Assembly (NCBI GenBank): GCA_963841915.1
Contig: CAWJEN010000002.1
Coordinates: 1 to 39,604, forward strand
Origin: an uncultured Planctomycetota bacterium
Lineage (GTDB): Bacteria > Planctomycetota > Phycisphaerae > Tepidisphaerales > Tepidisphaeraceae
Reading direction: 5' to 3'
DNA: 39,604 bases
This document shows positions 21,755 to 30,514 of the stretch, piece by piece (the stretch's first letter is position 1; each line of letters opens with the position of its first letter). The notes under the pieces were generated by a model. That model ran no database searches. It was not told the DNA's origin and saw nothing but the letters and a program-made list of their open reading frames with translations. The translations under genes were made by a program, and so were the position numbers.

Positions 21755-22265
21755 GGCAGCGGGTGGAGTTCGGTGGTTTCAACAACAACAACGCGTGTGG
21801 TTCGCGTTCCGCCTCCTTTTAAACAAGTCGCAATCATCTGACAAGAGAGTTGCTGCGGATGGACGCAATATTTCGACTATCTGACGAGGTCGTGGGTGGC
21901 AGACAGGCGCAGGACCCGGACAGACCACCTGATTTGCCATCCGGCCGCCTTGCCATTGCGGCTTGTTGAAAATGCTTCAGGTGCGTTGCCTTCTCGATGA
22001 CAACCTGACTCATCAGCACCATCATTTTGCCTGCACGTCAGCCGACCGCGACGTCGCCATCAAGCTCGACCCGCCGATGTTCCTCATGCAGGGCGCCGAC
22101 GCCGCGCTCCCTGCCCTCGCCTGGCCGTTCCGCACCATCAACGCAATGCTTGCCGACACGGGCGACTTCTCGGATCGCCACGTCGACCAGCTACGCCGCC
22201 GTCGTCTGCGTCGGCTTCCGTTGCTGCTGCACGACGTCGCTCGTTTCCGCGTCCATAGCCCACAC

Positions 22266-22291
22266 GTCGGCGGAGGGTCGCCGCCCCTTAA
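22266..22291 (-). promoter_or_regulatory. sigma28/FliA-like promoter candidate
   Basis: Minus strand TTAAG-N15-GCCGAC, 9 nt before ATG 22256 of a 21-aa ORF. Confidence 0.4.
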
Positions 22292-22353
22292 CCGCGGGCC
22301 GCGGATCGGGCCGGTTCCGATACAAAGGGCGTTTCCAGACAGACAACGATCCC

Positions 22354-22626
22354 AGGGAATCCCTGGAAACTTTCCCGGATACCTTTGGAAGTTCCAAAGG
22401 CATGTTTCCAACTTCTAAAGGCATGTTTAGAAGATCCCGGGGCATGTTTCCAAGACGTAAGGGTATCTTTCCAACCTCCAAAGCCATGTTTACGAGTCGC
22501 AAGGGCACCCTTAGAAGACGCCCGGGCATGTTTCCAACTTGGAAGGCCATCCTTCCGAGTTTCAAGGGCATGTTCGCAAGTCGCACGGGCACCCTTATGA
22601 CTTCCAGGGGCACGCCAGACAAGCCT
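22354..22626. repeat. 21-bp degenerate tandem array, ~13 units (consensus AAGGGCATGTTTCCAAGTTCC)
   Basis: Units start at 22354+21n with G4, A7 and A16 nearly invariant and T11 mostly conserved. No indels. Confidence 0.9.
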
Positions 22627-22714
22627 CCGGGCAGTCGGCGATCCTGCGTCTACCACGTAACGACCCTGACGGACGGCTTTACCCCCCGCGGCCCGCGCCG
22701 GTTAGAGTCCGAGC

Positions 22715-23514
22715 ATGACCCACCACGACGCCTTTCCGCCCGGCGTGGCGGCGAAGCTCAAGGCGTACGTCTACCGCCTCATCGACCCGCGGAACGGCGA
22801 GACCTTTTATGTCGGCAAGGGCAGAGCCAACCGCATCTTCGCCCACGCCCGCGGTTTCCCCCCACCCTTCCCCCTACCTCCACCGACACCAACGAGAGCA
22901 CCCCCACCGACGACAGCACCGAAGACGATGAGCTGAGCGACAAGCTCCGCCGCATCCGCGACATCCGCAGCAGCGGCTTCGAGGTGCAGCACGTCATCCA
23001 CCGCCACGGCATGGACGAGAAGACCGCCTTCGCCGTCGAGGCCGCGCTCATCGACGCCTACCCGGGCCTGACGAACATTGCCGGCGGCACGCACAACGCC
23101 GACGTCGGCACGATGCACGCCGAAGAGATCATCCGCCGCTACGAGGCGAAAGAGGCCACCTTCGAGCACAAGTGCCTGCTCATCAGCGTCAACCGCTCTG
23201 CGGCCGAGCGGGATCTGTACGATGCGACGCGGTTCGCCTGGCGGCTCGACCCGAAGCGGGCGAAGCAGGCCGACGTGGTGCTGTCAGTCATCCGCGGCGT
23301 GATCGTCGGGGCGTTCGTGGCCGACGCATGGCTGCCCGACGAGCCGGGCACGTTTACGACACCGGACGGCCGCGAATCGAGGCCCGGCCGCTGGGGCTTC
23401 GTCGGCCGCGAGGCTCCGCCCGAGTTGTCGAACCCCTACATCGGCCGCCGCGTGCCGGACGGCATGCGTAAGCAAGGGGCGTCGAATCCGATTCTCTACA
23501 GTTGGCGAAAGTAG
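22715..23514 (+). pseudogene. LEM-3-like GIY-YIG nuclease, split by a -1 frameshift at ~22855-22875
   Basis: 22715 frame: [25 protein letters not shown]. It continues in the -1 frame as KLRRIRDI...HRHGMDEKTAFAVEAALID...LTN...G...NPILY. The break falls at GGTTTCCCCCCACCCTTCCCCCT. Confidence 0.85.
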
Positions 23515-23693
23515 CAGAGCGAAGTCGGGCATCAGCCGTCCGCGTCGAGCGCTTCCTTCGCCCGCGCCGCCTCGCTAAGCAGGCCGTCGGCCTTGCCGCC
23601 GGGTGCCGGTGTGGCAGCCAAAGGGTGCCACAGCAACCTCTGCTAAGACGGAACGACCTAAGCCGGCTGAAGCGGTAATGTCGGGAACGGGCT

Positions 23694-24920
23694 TTACGAC
23701 CTTGCACTGATCTTGCTCAAACGCTCGAGGAACGACGCAGCGCGGCGGAGCTTCTGGCGGGCGGCCTCTTCCAGACCGTCCGGGTTGAAGTGCATCACGT
23801 CGTTGCGAATCTCACGGACGTCGTCGAGCATGCGGACGAACGTCGAGCGGTCCAGCGGCGTGCCCAACTTCTGCCAGTGCTGCGGGCGGTCGAGGAATCG
23901 TTGCATCTCTCCGAAAGTAAGGTCTGCCGCTGATTTGATGCGACGGTTCGGGTCTTGCTCGGGCGGCTTCGCCGCTTGAATGGCTTCAAGCGTGAACGCA
24001 GATGAGATCAAATTTCTGACCTGCTTCTCGATGTCCTCGATGATGAGGAACGGACCAGCCAAGCGCTCAAACTGGCCAACCATGTCGGCGGACGTTAGTA
24101 GTCCACACATCGCCCCGTGGCGACGCACCAAAACCCGCTCGTGTTGACGTATGAGCGTCGCAACGGTCAGGAGGTTGTCCTCCACGTCAACATAGTATGG
24201 CTGCGCTTCGACGCAGTCGCCGGCACGCCCGCACGTCCCGCCGAGCGCTGCCCGCTCCGCGATCGACTGCCACGTGATGATGCCTTTGATGCTTCGTATA
24301 CCCGTGCCCACCGGCAGCTGACTGAAGTCGTGCTGCATCATGATCTGCACGGCCTTCGCAACACTATCGTCGGGCGCGACCATCGTCGGCACCCGGTTGG
24401 CGGCGTCGAGGATTCCGACACGCCGAGTCGGCTCGTCATCCGGCTTCAGCGGCGTTCCCGTCACCACCGTCACATCTCCATCCTCGGCCTCTCCATCACC
24501 CATGGACTCGTCGGGCAGCAGGGTCTCGGCCTCATCGTCCTCGATATCCGCCTGCTCATCGTCCTCGACCTCCGGAAGAACGGTATCGGCAGGCAAGACA
24601 TCGCCTTGCTCTGGTTCGGCGTACGCGGCTGACGCATTCGAAGCGTCAATTGCGACAAAGCGGACGCGGTAATCCTTTGGCACCGACTCGTACGACGGCT
24701 CGGTCCGCAGGCCGAGTTCCGCGAGTGCCGCATTGATTCGCGAGCGGACTCGATGACCGCGTCCGCGTTGATTAAAGTAGTAGAGAAGCGTTTTTACCTT
24801 TCGCTGCGGCGTTCCGCCTGCGTCGACTTCCGCTTTAATATCGCGGAGATTCGGCGGGATACCATTGCTGTCGGATTGATCTGAGACCTCGCCCGCCGTT
24901 GTGTACGCCTGCTCTTCCAT
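23694..24920 (-). CDS. CBS-domain protein with C-terminal HEPN-like (RxxxxH) domain
   Basis: ATG 24920. Small basic N-domain, acidic linker, CBS pair (MMQHDFSQLPV, GIITWQSI, GLLTSAD), then DLTFGE...W...IRNDVMHF. Confidence 0.8.
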   Translation of the reverse strand: MEEQAYTTAGEVSDQSDSNGIPPNLRDIKAEVDAGGTPQRKVKTLLYYFNQRGRGHRVRSRINAALAELGLRTEPSYESVPKDYRVRFVAIDASNASAAYAEPEQGDVLPADTVLPEVEDDEQADIEDDEAETLLPDESMGDGEAEDGDVTVVTGTPLKPDDEPTRRVGILDAANRVPTMVAPDDSVAKAVQIMMQHDFSQLPVGTGIRSIKGIITWQSIAERAALGGTCGRAGDCVEAQPYYVDVEDNLLTVATLIRQHERVLVRRHGAMCGLLTSADMVGQFERLAGPFLIIEDIEKQVRNLISSAFTLEAIQAAKPPEQDPNRRIKSAADLTFGEMQRFLDRPQHWQKLGTPLDRSTFVRMLDDVREIRNDVMHFNPDGLEEAARQKLRRAASFLERLSKISARS

Positions 24921-25117
24921 GGCTACATCATGACGCCGCTCGTTAAGCGTCACAAGCCGCGTCACCGCCACGAGACGTTGCCGGCGAATCATTTCCGCGG
25001 CAGATCACCTCATCAGAATGGCACGCGCAGACGACGTGCTCCTCCCGCCGTCTTGCTACCACCTGATCCGATCGGGAAAAGTTGTTGCAGTAGCGACCGG
25101 ACCGCCGGTACGCTTAG

Positions 25118-25194
25118 AGAAGAGGCCTGCGGGCAAAAATCGGCTTCACGCCGTGTGGCGACCTTCGGGGCGTCCTATACCCGCGGTCTCTTCT
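25118..25194 (-). ncRNA. Structured ncRNA candidate immediately 3' of DUF3800 (DUF3800-associated RNA motif-like)
   Basis: Minus strand AGAAGAG-ACC-GCGGG-TATA-GGACGCCCCGAAGGTCGCC-ACA-CGGCGTGAAGCCG-ATTTTTG-CCCGC-AGGC-CTCTTCT. This gives a long closing stem with two internal hairpins, beginning 7 nt after the stop. Confidence 0.65.
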
Positions 25195-25201
25195 TTTTTA
25201 T

Positions 25202-26053
25202 CTACTCAGCTTCGTCTGGTTCCGGGCACAGCGGACGCGACTGGCTGTAGGTGCCCGTCCCGGGCTTTGCATCGAGATCAACCACTTCGCCGACCTGTGG
25301 CCAGATCAGCCGAGCGTGCCGCGTCTCGCCACGCTCGAAGAACCGTTGCAGCGGCCAGAGGTAGTAGTCGATCGCCTGCAACGCTGCGTGCTCCGCGGTG
25401 CCCATGCCGGTGACGGTCACCTTCGTCTCGCGACGGAAGCCGAAGCTGTCCTCGAATGCGTCCTCAGCCTTGTGAATGGCGGCGTCGAGTGCTCGCGTGC
25501 GATTACGTGCGCCTCGGGCGGAGAAGCAGACCTTAACTTCGCCCGAGATGCCGCCTTGGAATCGCTCGAACAGACGCGTCGTCGAGGCATCGTAAAGCTC
25601 ATTCTTGTTGTACCGGTAGCTGGGATCTGCCGCGTTTCGAGCCTGAACCTCTGCGAGCACCTTCCACTTATTCCGCACGACGACGTAGAACCGATCCTGC
25701 CGTGAGAGCAGGTACCGGTAGACCTCCCGCCGAACCTCCGGCACGTCGTCCTTCGCGTGGAACTTCTCGGCCGTCTTTCGCTGCGACGGTTGCATCGACG
25801 GCACGTCGCGAAAGTAAGGGTCGGCTAGCAGCGAAGCTCGAAGCTCGGCCAGTTCCTTGTGGAGCGTCTCGGGGTCGTGGACGACGAGCTTCCCCATCAG
25901 GAAGTACTTCGAGCAGCCGTTCTTGCCGACGATGACCTGCTTCTTCCGATTGAAGAGCGTCGGATCGCCCGCCTCGTCGACAAAGACGTGCTGGACCGTC
26001 GGGGGCGGCGGGGTGAGGCGACGCCCCGGCAGGTTGCGGAACAGGTCATCCAC
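25202..26053 (-). CDS. DUF3800 family protein (RNase H-like acidic motifs)
   Basis: FVDEAGD near the N-terminus, FHAKDD, LQAIDYYLWPLQR near the C-terminus. GTG start overlaps the methyltransferase TGA (GTGGATGA). Confidence 0.85.
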   Translation of the reverse strand: MDDLFRNLPGRRLTPPPPTVQHVFVDEAGDPTLFNRKKQVIVGKNGCSKYFLMGKLVVHDPETLHKELAELRASLLADPYFRDVPSMQPSQRKTAEKFHAKDDVPEVRREVYRYLLSRQDRFYVVVRNKWKVLAEVQARNAADPSYRYNKNELYDASTTRLFERFQGGISGEVKVCFSARGARNRTRALDAAIHKAEDAFEDSFGFRRETKVTVTGMGTAEHAALQAIDYYLWPLQRFFERGETRHARLIWPQVGEVVDLDAKPGTGTYSQSRPLCPEPDEAE

Positions 26054-29000
26054 CCGCGGGCGTCCCTCCCGCGGGGTTGCCGGTGGCGAAGGCGTCGGGC
26101 CAGCCGCCGTGGGTTTCGATGGCCTCATCGATCTCGGCCATGAGGCGGATCGTCTCCTTCAGGGCGACGACGATCTTGCCGTAGTGGGCGATGTCGTCGG
26201 CCGAAAGCGTGCGGCCCTTGCGGTCCTTGAGCCACTTGTGGCAGACCTGGTAGCCGCCGATCTGGAACCGCCAGACGTCCTCCGGCACGCCATGGAAGCC
26301 GTAGGTGCCGGGCTGCGTCGCGATCTGCCCGGCCTTGGCGTCGGTCTTCTTCGCGTCGAGCCAGACGGTGCCGGTGTCCTTGCCCTCGTCCTTCGCCCAC
26401 CCGACGCGGCCGACTTCCGGTCCATCCGGGCCGTCGTAGGTCGTGATCGGCGTGTCGAGCAGCGGCGACTCGAGCAGATGGAGATCGAGCACTTGCCGGC
26501 CCAGCTTGGCGAGATCGACGAAAACGTCGCGTCCGCCCGGGATCGGGACGCGGGGGAAGTCGAGCTTCAACATCGGCTCAAACCGTCGACGGTACTCAGG
26601 GCTGTATAGGACAGAGTAGACAAAACCCAGCACGTCCTCAGGACCAAAGCTGTCAACAAGGTCACCGCTCCCGTCGCTGACAAAGCCTAGGTCGTTCGCA
26701 GCCTCAATAGCTTCCACATAGTCCGGGTTGAGATTCGGACGTCTGCCATTCTCGCCCTCGGGCCAGCAATTGAACATCGGCGACGAATTTGCCTTGCCGA
26801 CATTTGGATAGAGGTAGAGCGGGAATAAGTAGTTTACCTCCTTGAGTGAGACAGAGTGGTGCTGGATCATGCTTCTGCTTGCGAATGCATGAGCAAATCC
26901 ACTGCCTATCTCGACGTTTTTGGTTACGCCTACGGCCAAGTTGGTCCCGGCAAGCATCTGTGGCACTGCCTCTATGCGAGGCCAGTCCACCATCCAAGGA
27001 ACGTAGTAAACTCGCCGCGTATCGAACGGCCGCTGCAAAATCGGCTTACAACGCTTATCCCAATCTGGATCTGCCCTCAGCTTCCTTCGCGCCTGCGGGA
27101 GCTTCCAGCTTCGCGAGTCACCAGCGGGATATCGTTTTGAGCCTTTGCCACCAAAGTACTTCTGGCGGAGCTCATGATCTGCCAGATTCTCATCCCGCAA
27201 CTCGCGCACTCGCCGTTCCAACAAATCGTCACTGAAGTCAATCACAAAGTCGTCGCGAGCTGTTACGATCCCCGCAACGTTGACCTGCATTACATCTGCG
27301 ATAGTAGGCCATGCCGAGTAACTGCCCAACTCACTCTGATCGAGCGAATCGAACAGGTAGAACGGCTCGGCCGACGGCATCGACCGCCAATTGGAACCTG
27401 CCGCCACGTTTGCTTCGAGCCAGTCGTACTTGGCTTCCTGCTCACCCCAAAGGTCGGCGTGGCGGACAGATCCCGGTTCTCCTGCATCGCCGATGTTGAT
27501 AACAAACAGGCCGATTGCAACACCCTGCTGAATTTCGAAGACGTTGACGTCTCTGCCGCCTCCGGGAACAGCCTCCTTCTTCTTGAGATTGCCATGCAGG
27601 TCAAGGACGCGGAGGTCATCGAACGTCTCCATGAGCGAACATCGCATGCCGCGGAAGGTCGGGTTGTCGATGAAGCCGTGGTTGGTGATGTAGCCGTGAA
27701 CGCCGACGCCCGTTTGCTTCAGGAGATATTGGGAGTAGCGGGTGAACTTGACGTAGTCGTCTTGCAGCCAGACCTTCCGTTCACCCAACGGCTCACCATC
27801 GACGTGGTAGTAGCTGTCCGTCTTCGTGCCGTCCGGCAGCTTGCCTTTGAGCAGGCCGTCGATCCACGGCGTCATGTTGGAAGACAGCCCGGCGTACGGC
27901 GGGTTCCCGGTGACGACGGTGAAGCGTGTGTGCTTCTTCACCGCGTTCACCTGCTCCGCCTCGTGCGCGAGGGCCGGCACCATCTGCTCGAACTCACCGC
28001 TGAAGTCCTGAGCCGGCTCTAATGCATTCGTCAGGTACACCCGCGCCCGCTCGTCGTCGCCGAACTTGTAGCCGGTCTCGAAGAGCTTCAGGCCGATCTT
28101 CATGTGGGCGATGGCGTACGGGGCCATCATCAGCTCGTAGCCGTGCAGCCGGGGCAGCAGGTGCTTCGGGACGTACTCGTTCCACTTGTTCAGGACGAAA
28201 AGGTCGCCGTGGCCCTCCTTCTTCCACTTGGCGACCATCGTCGCGTGGATCAGGTCGATGATCTCGACGAGGAACGTCGCGGTGCCGGTGGCGGGGTCGA
28301 GGATCTGGACGAACGGCGTCGACGGGTTGATCGGCTTCTGCACGATGTCCGGCCCCTCGACGTGCGGCGTCGTCGGCAGCTTCAGGTAGGGGTGCTTCTC
28401 CAGCATCTCGCCCCACGTCGTCGTGTCCGCGAGTCCGTCGTCGAGGCCGAACTCGGTCTGCAGCAGCTCGTGGACGCTGCGGACGATGTAGCCGACGACG
28501 GCGCGAGGCGTGTAAAAGACGCCGCGCTGCATCCGCTTCTTCGCGTCGTAGACCTTCAGGAAGTCCTCGTAGAAGTAGATGACCGGGTCTTCCTTGAGAT
28601 CCCGGTTGCCGAAGTTGCGGAGCAGGTTCTTGACGTCGGTCTCGCGAAGCATGTCGACGACGTCGTTGACGCCGAGCTCGTCGAAGTCGATGCCAACAAG
28701 CCGGCCCGCACCTTCGTCATACCGCCGGCCGCCGACGTTCAGGAAGTGCTGGAGCAATTCCTTCAGGAACGGATTGGTGACGGGCACTAGGTCGACAAGG
28801 TTGTCGGCGGTGAAATTAGCTTCCTTGCTCGCGCGAGCGGACAGCAGGCCGTAGGCGATGGTCTGGGCGTAAGTATCGGCGAAGTCGTCGGGCGTCAGGT
28901 CGTGGAGCAGGGCCGCCTTGAAGGCGTTCATGAGGCTCGTGATCGGGCCCTCCTCCGTCTCGATCTTGAGGGCAGCGTTGCAGCGTTTGCGGATGACCGT

Positions 29001-29645
29001 CGCGAGTTTCGCAAGCTCATTGGCGAGCTGCTTCGAGTCGTTGATGACCTGCCGGTGCTCGCGGGTGAAGGCGCTTCGCCAACGGGACCGCCAGGCGTCG
29101 AGATCGTCCCCATCCTTCGGCCAGGCGAGCTTCTCCTCGAGCGTGTGCTGGACGTCGTTGAGCGTCAGGATCGTGTCTTCATCGTCCCAGCCGAGCACCT
29201 TGAGCGTGTCCCGGTCGCCCTGCTCGGCGTTGTCGGTGAAGTGGGCAAACGTGATCTGCTCGTGGTCCGCCGTCCCATACGAGTTGACGAATAGCAAGTC
29301 GTGTTTCGCCCACGCCGCCCGGCTTGCCGCGCCGGCGTTCTGCCGCTTTTTGACGACGAGTGACCGGAGGATGCGCCGCAGGGCGACGACGGGGAGCGGG
29401 CCCGGCTCGAACTCGATGAAGAAGATTCCCCACGGCTGGTCAGTCGCGAGTGGGCGGAGCTGCTTGATCTCCTTGATCTTCTTGGCGATCGTTTTATTGA
29501 TGCCGAGCTCTTCGGGCGTGTAGTCGAAGGTGAGTTCCTCGAACGTGAGTCGCTCGATCGGCCAGTCGAGCTCCTCTTCGAGGTAGCCGACGAGCGAGTC
29601 GAAGTTGGTGATGCTGCGAAGGCTTTGGCCGGCGAGGTCAGACAT
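26046..29645 (-). CDS. Type ISP/IIG-like N6-adenine DNA methyltransferase with C-terminal specificity domain (no helicase domain in cis)
   Basis: FADTYAQTIAYGL, GVFYTP, motif I ILDPATGTATFL, motif IV GNPPY, RPFD, FPLYLY, DFPRVP, IGGYQVCHKWLKDRKGR. Confidence 0.9.
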   Translation of the reverse strand: MSDLAGQSLRSITNFDSLVGYLEEELDWPIERLTFEELTFDYTPEELGINKTIAKKIKEIKQLRPLATDQPWGIFFIEFEPGPLPVVALRRILRSLVVKKRQNAGAASRAAWAKHDLLFVNSYGTADHEQITFAHFTDNAEQGDRDTLKVLGWDDEDTILTLNDVQHTLEEKLAWPKDGDDLDAWRSRWRSAFTREHRQVINDSKQLANELAKLATVIRKRCNAALKIETEEGPITSLMNAFKAALLHDLTPDDFADTYAQTIAYGLLSARASKEANFTADNLVDLVPVTNPFLKELLQHFLNVGGRRYDEGAGRLVGIDFDELGVNDVVDMLRETDVKNLLRNFGNRDLKEDPVIYFYEDFLKVYDAKKRMQRGVFYTPRAVVGYIVRSVHELLQTEFGLDDGLADTTTWGEMLEKHPYLKLPTTPHVEGPDIVQKPINPSTPFVQILDPATGTATFLVEIIDLIHATMVAKWKKEGHGDLFVLNKWNEYVPKHLLPRLHGYELMMAPYAIAHMKIGLKLFETGYKFGDDERARVYLTNALEPAQDFSGEFEQMVPALAHEAEQVNAVKKHTRFTVVTGNPPYAGLSSNMTPWIDGLLKGKLPDGTKTDSYYHVDGEPLGERKVWLQDDYVKFTRYSQYLLKQTGVGVHGYITNHGFIDNPTFRGMRCSLMETFDDLRVLDLHGNLKKKEAVPGGGRDVNVFEIQQGVAIGLFVINIGDAGEPGSVRHADLWGEQEAKYDWLEANVAAGSNWRSMPSAEPFYLFDSLDQSELGSYSAWPTIADVMQVNVAGIVTARDDFVIDFSDDLLERRVRELRDENLADHELRQKYFGGKGSKRYPAGDSRSWKLPQARRKLRADPDWDKRCKPILQRPFDTRRVYYVPWMVDWPRIEAVPQMLAGTNLAVGVTKNVEIGSGFAHAFASRSMIQHHSVSLKEVNYLFPLYLYPNVGKANSSPMFNCWPEGENGRRPNLNPDYVEAIEAANDLGFVSDGSGDLVDSFGPEDVLGFVYSVLYSPEYRRRFEPMLKLDFPRVPIPGGRDVFVDLAKLGRQVLDLHLLESPLLDTPITTYDGPDGPEVGRVGWAKDEGKDTGTVWLDAKKTDAKAGQIATQPGTYGFHGVPEDVWRFQIGGYQVCHKWLKDRKGRTLSADDIAHYGKIVVALKETIRLMAEIDEAIETHGGWPDAFATGNPAGGTPAGG

Positions 29646-29693
29646 GAAGGCAGAGGATAAAGCAACGAGGGCGAATGTGTGAGAATGTGCCAC

Positions 29694-30502
29694 CTAGATC
29701 TTGCCGCGTTGCTTCTTGGGGAGCATGCCGCGCTTGCGAGCGGTCGAGAGGCGCGCCAAAATTCATGGTGGCGCAGCGACAGGCCGGTGGCGCGGTTGAA
29801 GGCGTCGAGCAGCCACGCGAAGTCCGCCGTATACGGCAGGACGTCGACCGTGTGATCGCTGTTGCGGTAGAGGCCGATCAGGATCTGCTTCTGCGGTTCG
29901 GTCAGCGTGCTCCAGACCGACAACGGCCGGGCGGTGCGGGCGAGGAACGTGTCACGCCAGCGGAGGGTCCAAGTGTCAACGTCGATCGGCTGCGCTGGGT
30001 CGGGCCATCGGAGGCCGGCCCGCACCTGCGCTTCGATCCAGTCAAGGCGTTGCTCGGGCTCGTCGGGGTGCCAGCCGAGGAGGCGGACGTCTCGCTTCTG
30101 CGTTGCATGGCGGGTTGTCGCGTGGGCGAAGTCGAGGCGGCGCGTCGTGCTCCGCCCGCTGGCGGCGACGAGCAGGAGGTCGGCCGGCGCGAAGCAGGGG
30201 CGGGACAGGTCACGACTGCCGGCCAGCCGGGCGAGGATACGTTGGACGAGCGACAGCGGGAGGTGGCGTTGCTCGAACGCGACGTAGAAGAGTGCCCACG
30301 CCTGCTTCGAGTCGACCGGGCGGAGCTGCTTGAGCTCGACCACCCGTGCCGCCGCATCAGCGGGCAGGTTCAGGTCGGCTTGGGGGTCATAGTCGAAGGC
30401 GAGGTCGTTGGCATCCAGTTCCGCCACCGGCCAATCGAGCTCGTCCCGCAGGTACGCCAGCAGGCCATCGAAGTCGACGATGTCGCCAAGGCGAACAGGC
30501 AT
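29694..30502 (-). CDS. Accessory protein: paralogue of the methyltransferase N-terminal domain fused to a small basic C-terminal domain; apparent 1-nt frameshift at ~29750
   Basis: Residues ~1-186 align by eye with the MTase N-terminus (FD.L..YL..ELDWP, FDY.P, KQLRP, W..F...FE...LP, DLL, FAH, LGW, L.WP, W..RWR..F). Adding one C at ~29750 gives ...EFWRALSTARKRGMLPKKQRGKI* ending at 29694 (269 aa). Confidence 0.7.
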
Positions 30503-30514
30503 GATGCGGGCGAA

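Noticed and set aside
22031..22044. 14-bp match CTGCACGTCAGCCG with 36979-36992
   Set aside because: Matches of this length are expected by chance in 40 kb of GC-rich DNA, and the flanks do not extend convincingly.
22027..22714. N-terminal half of the 495-aa ORF 22027-23514
   Set aside because: It is read-through of the repeat array. The true GIY-YIG N-terminus starts at 22715 in another frame.
29165..29693. C-terminal extension of the 445-aa ORF overlapping the MTase
   Set aside because: Ser/Arg-rich off-frame sequence caused by the ~29750 frameshift.
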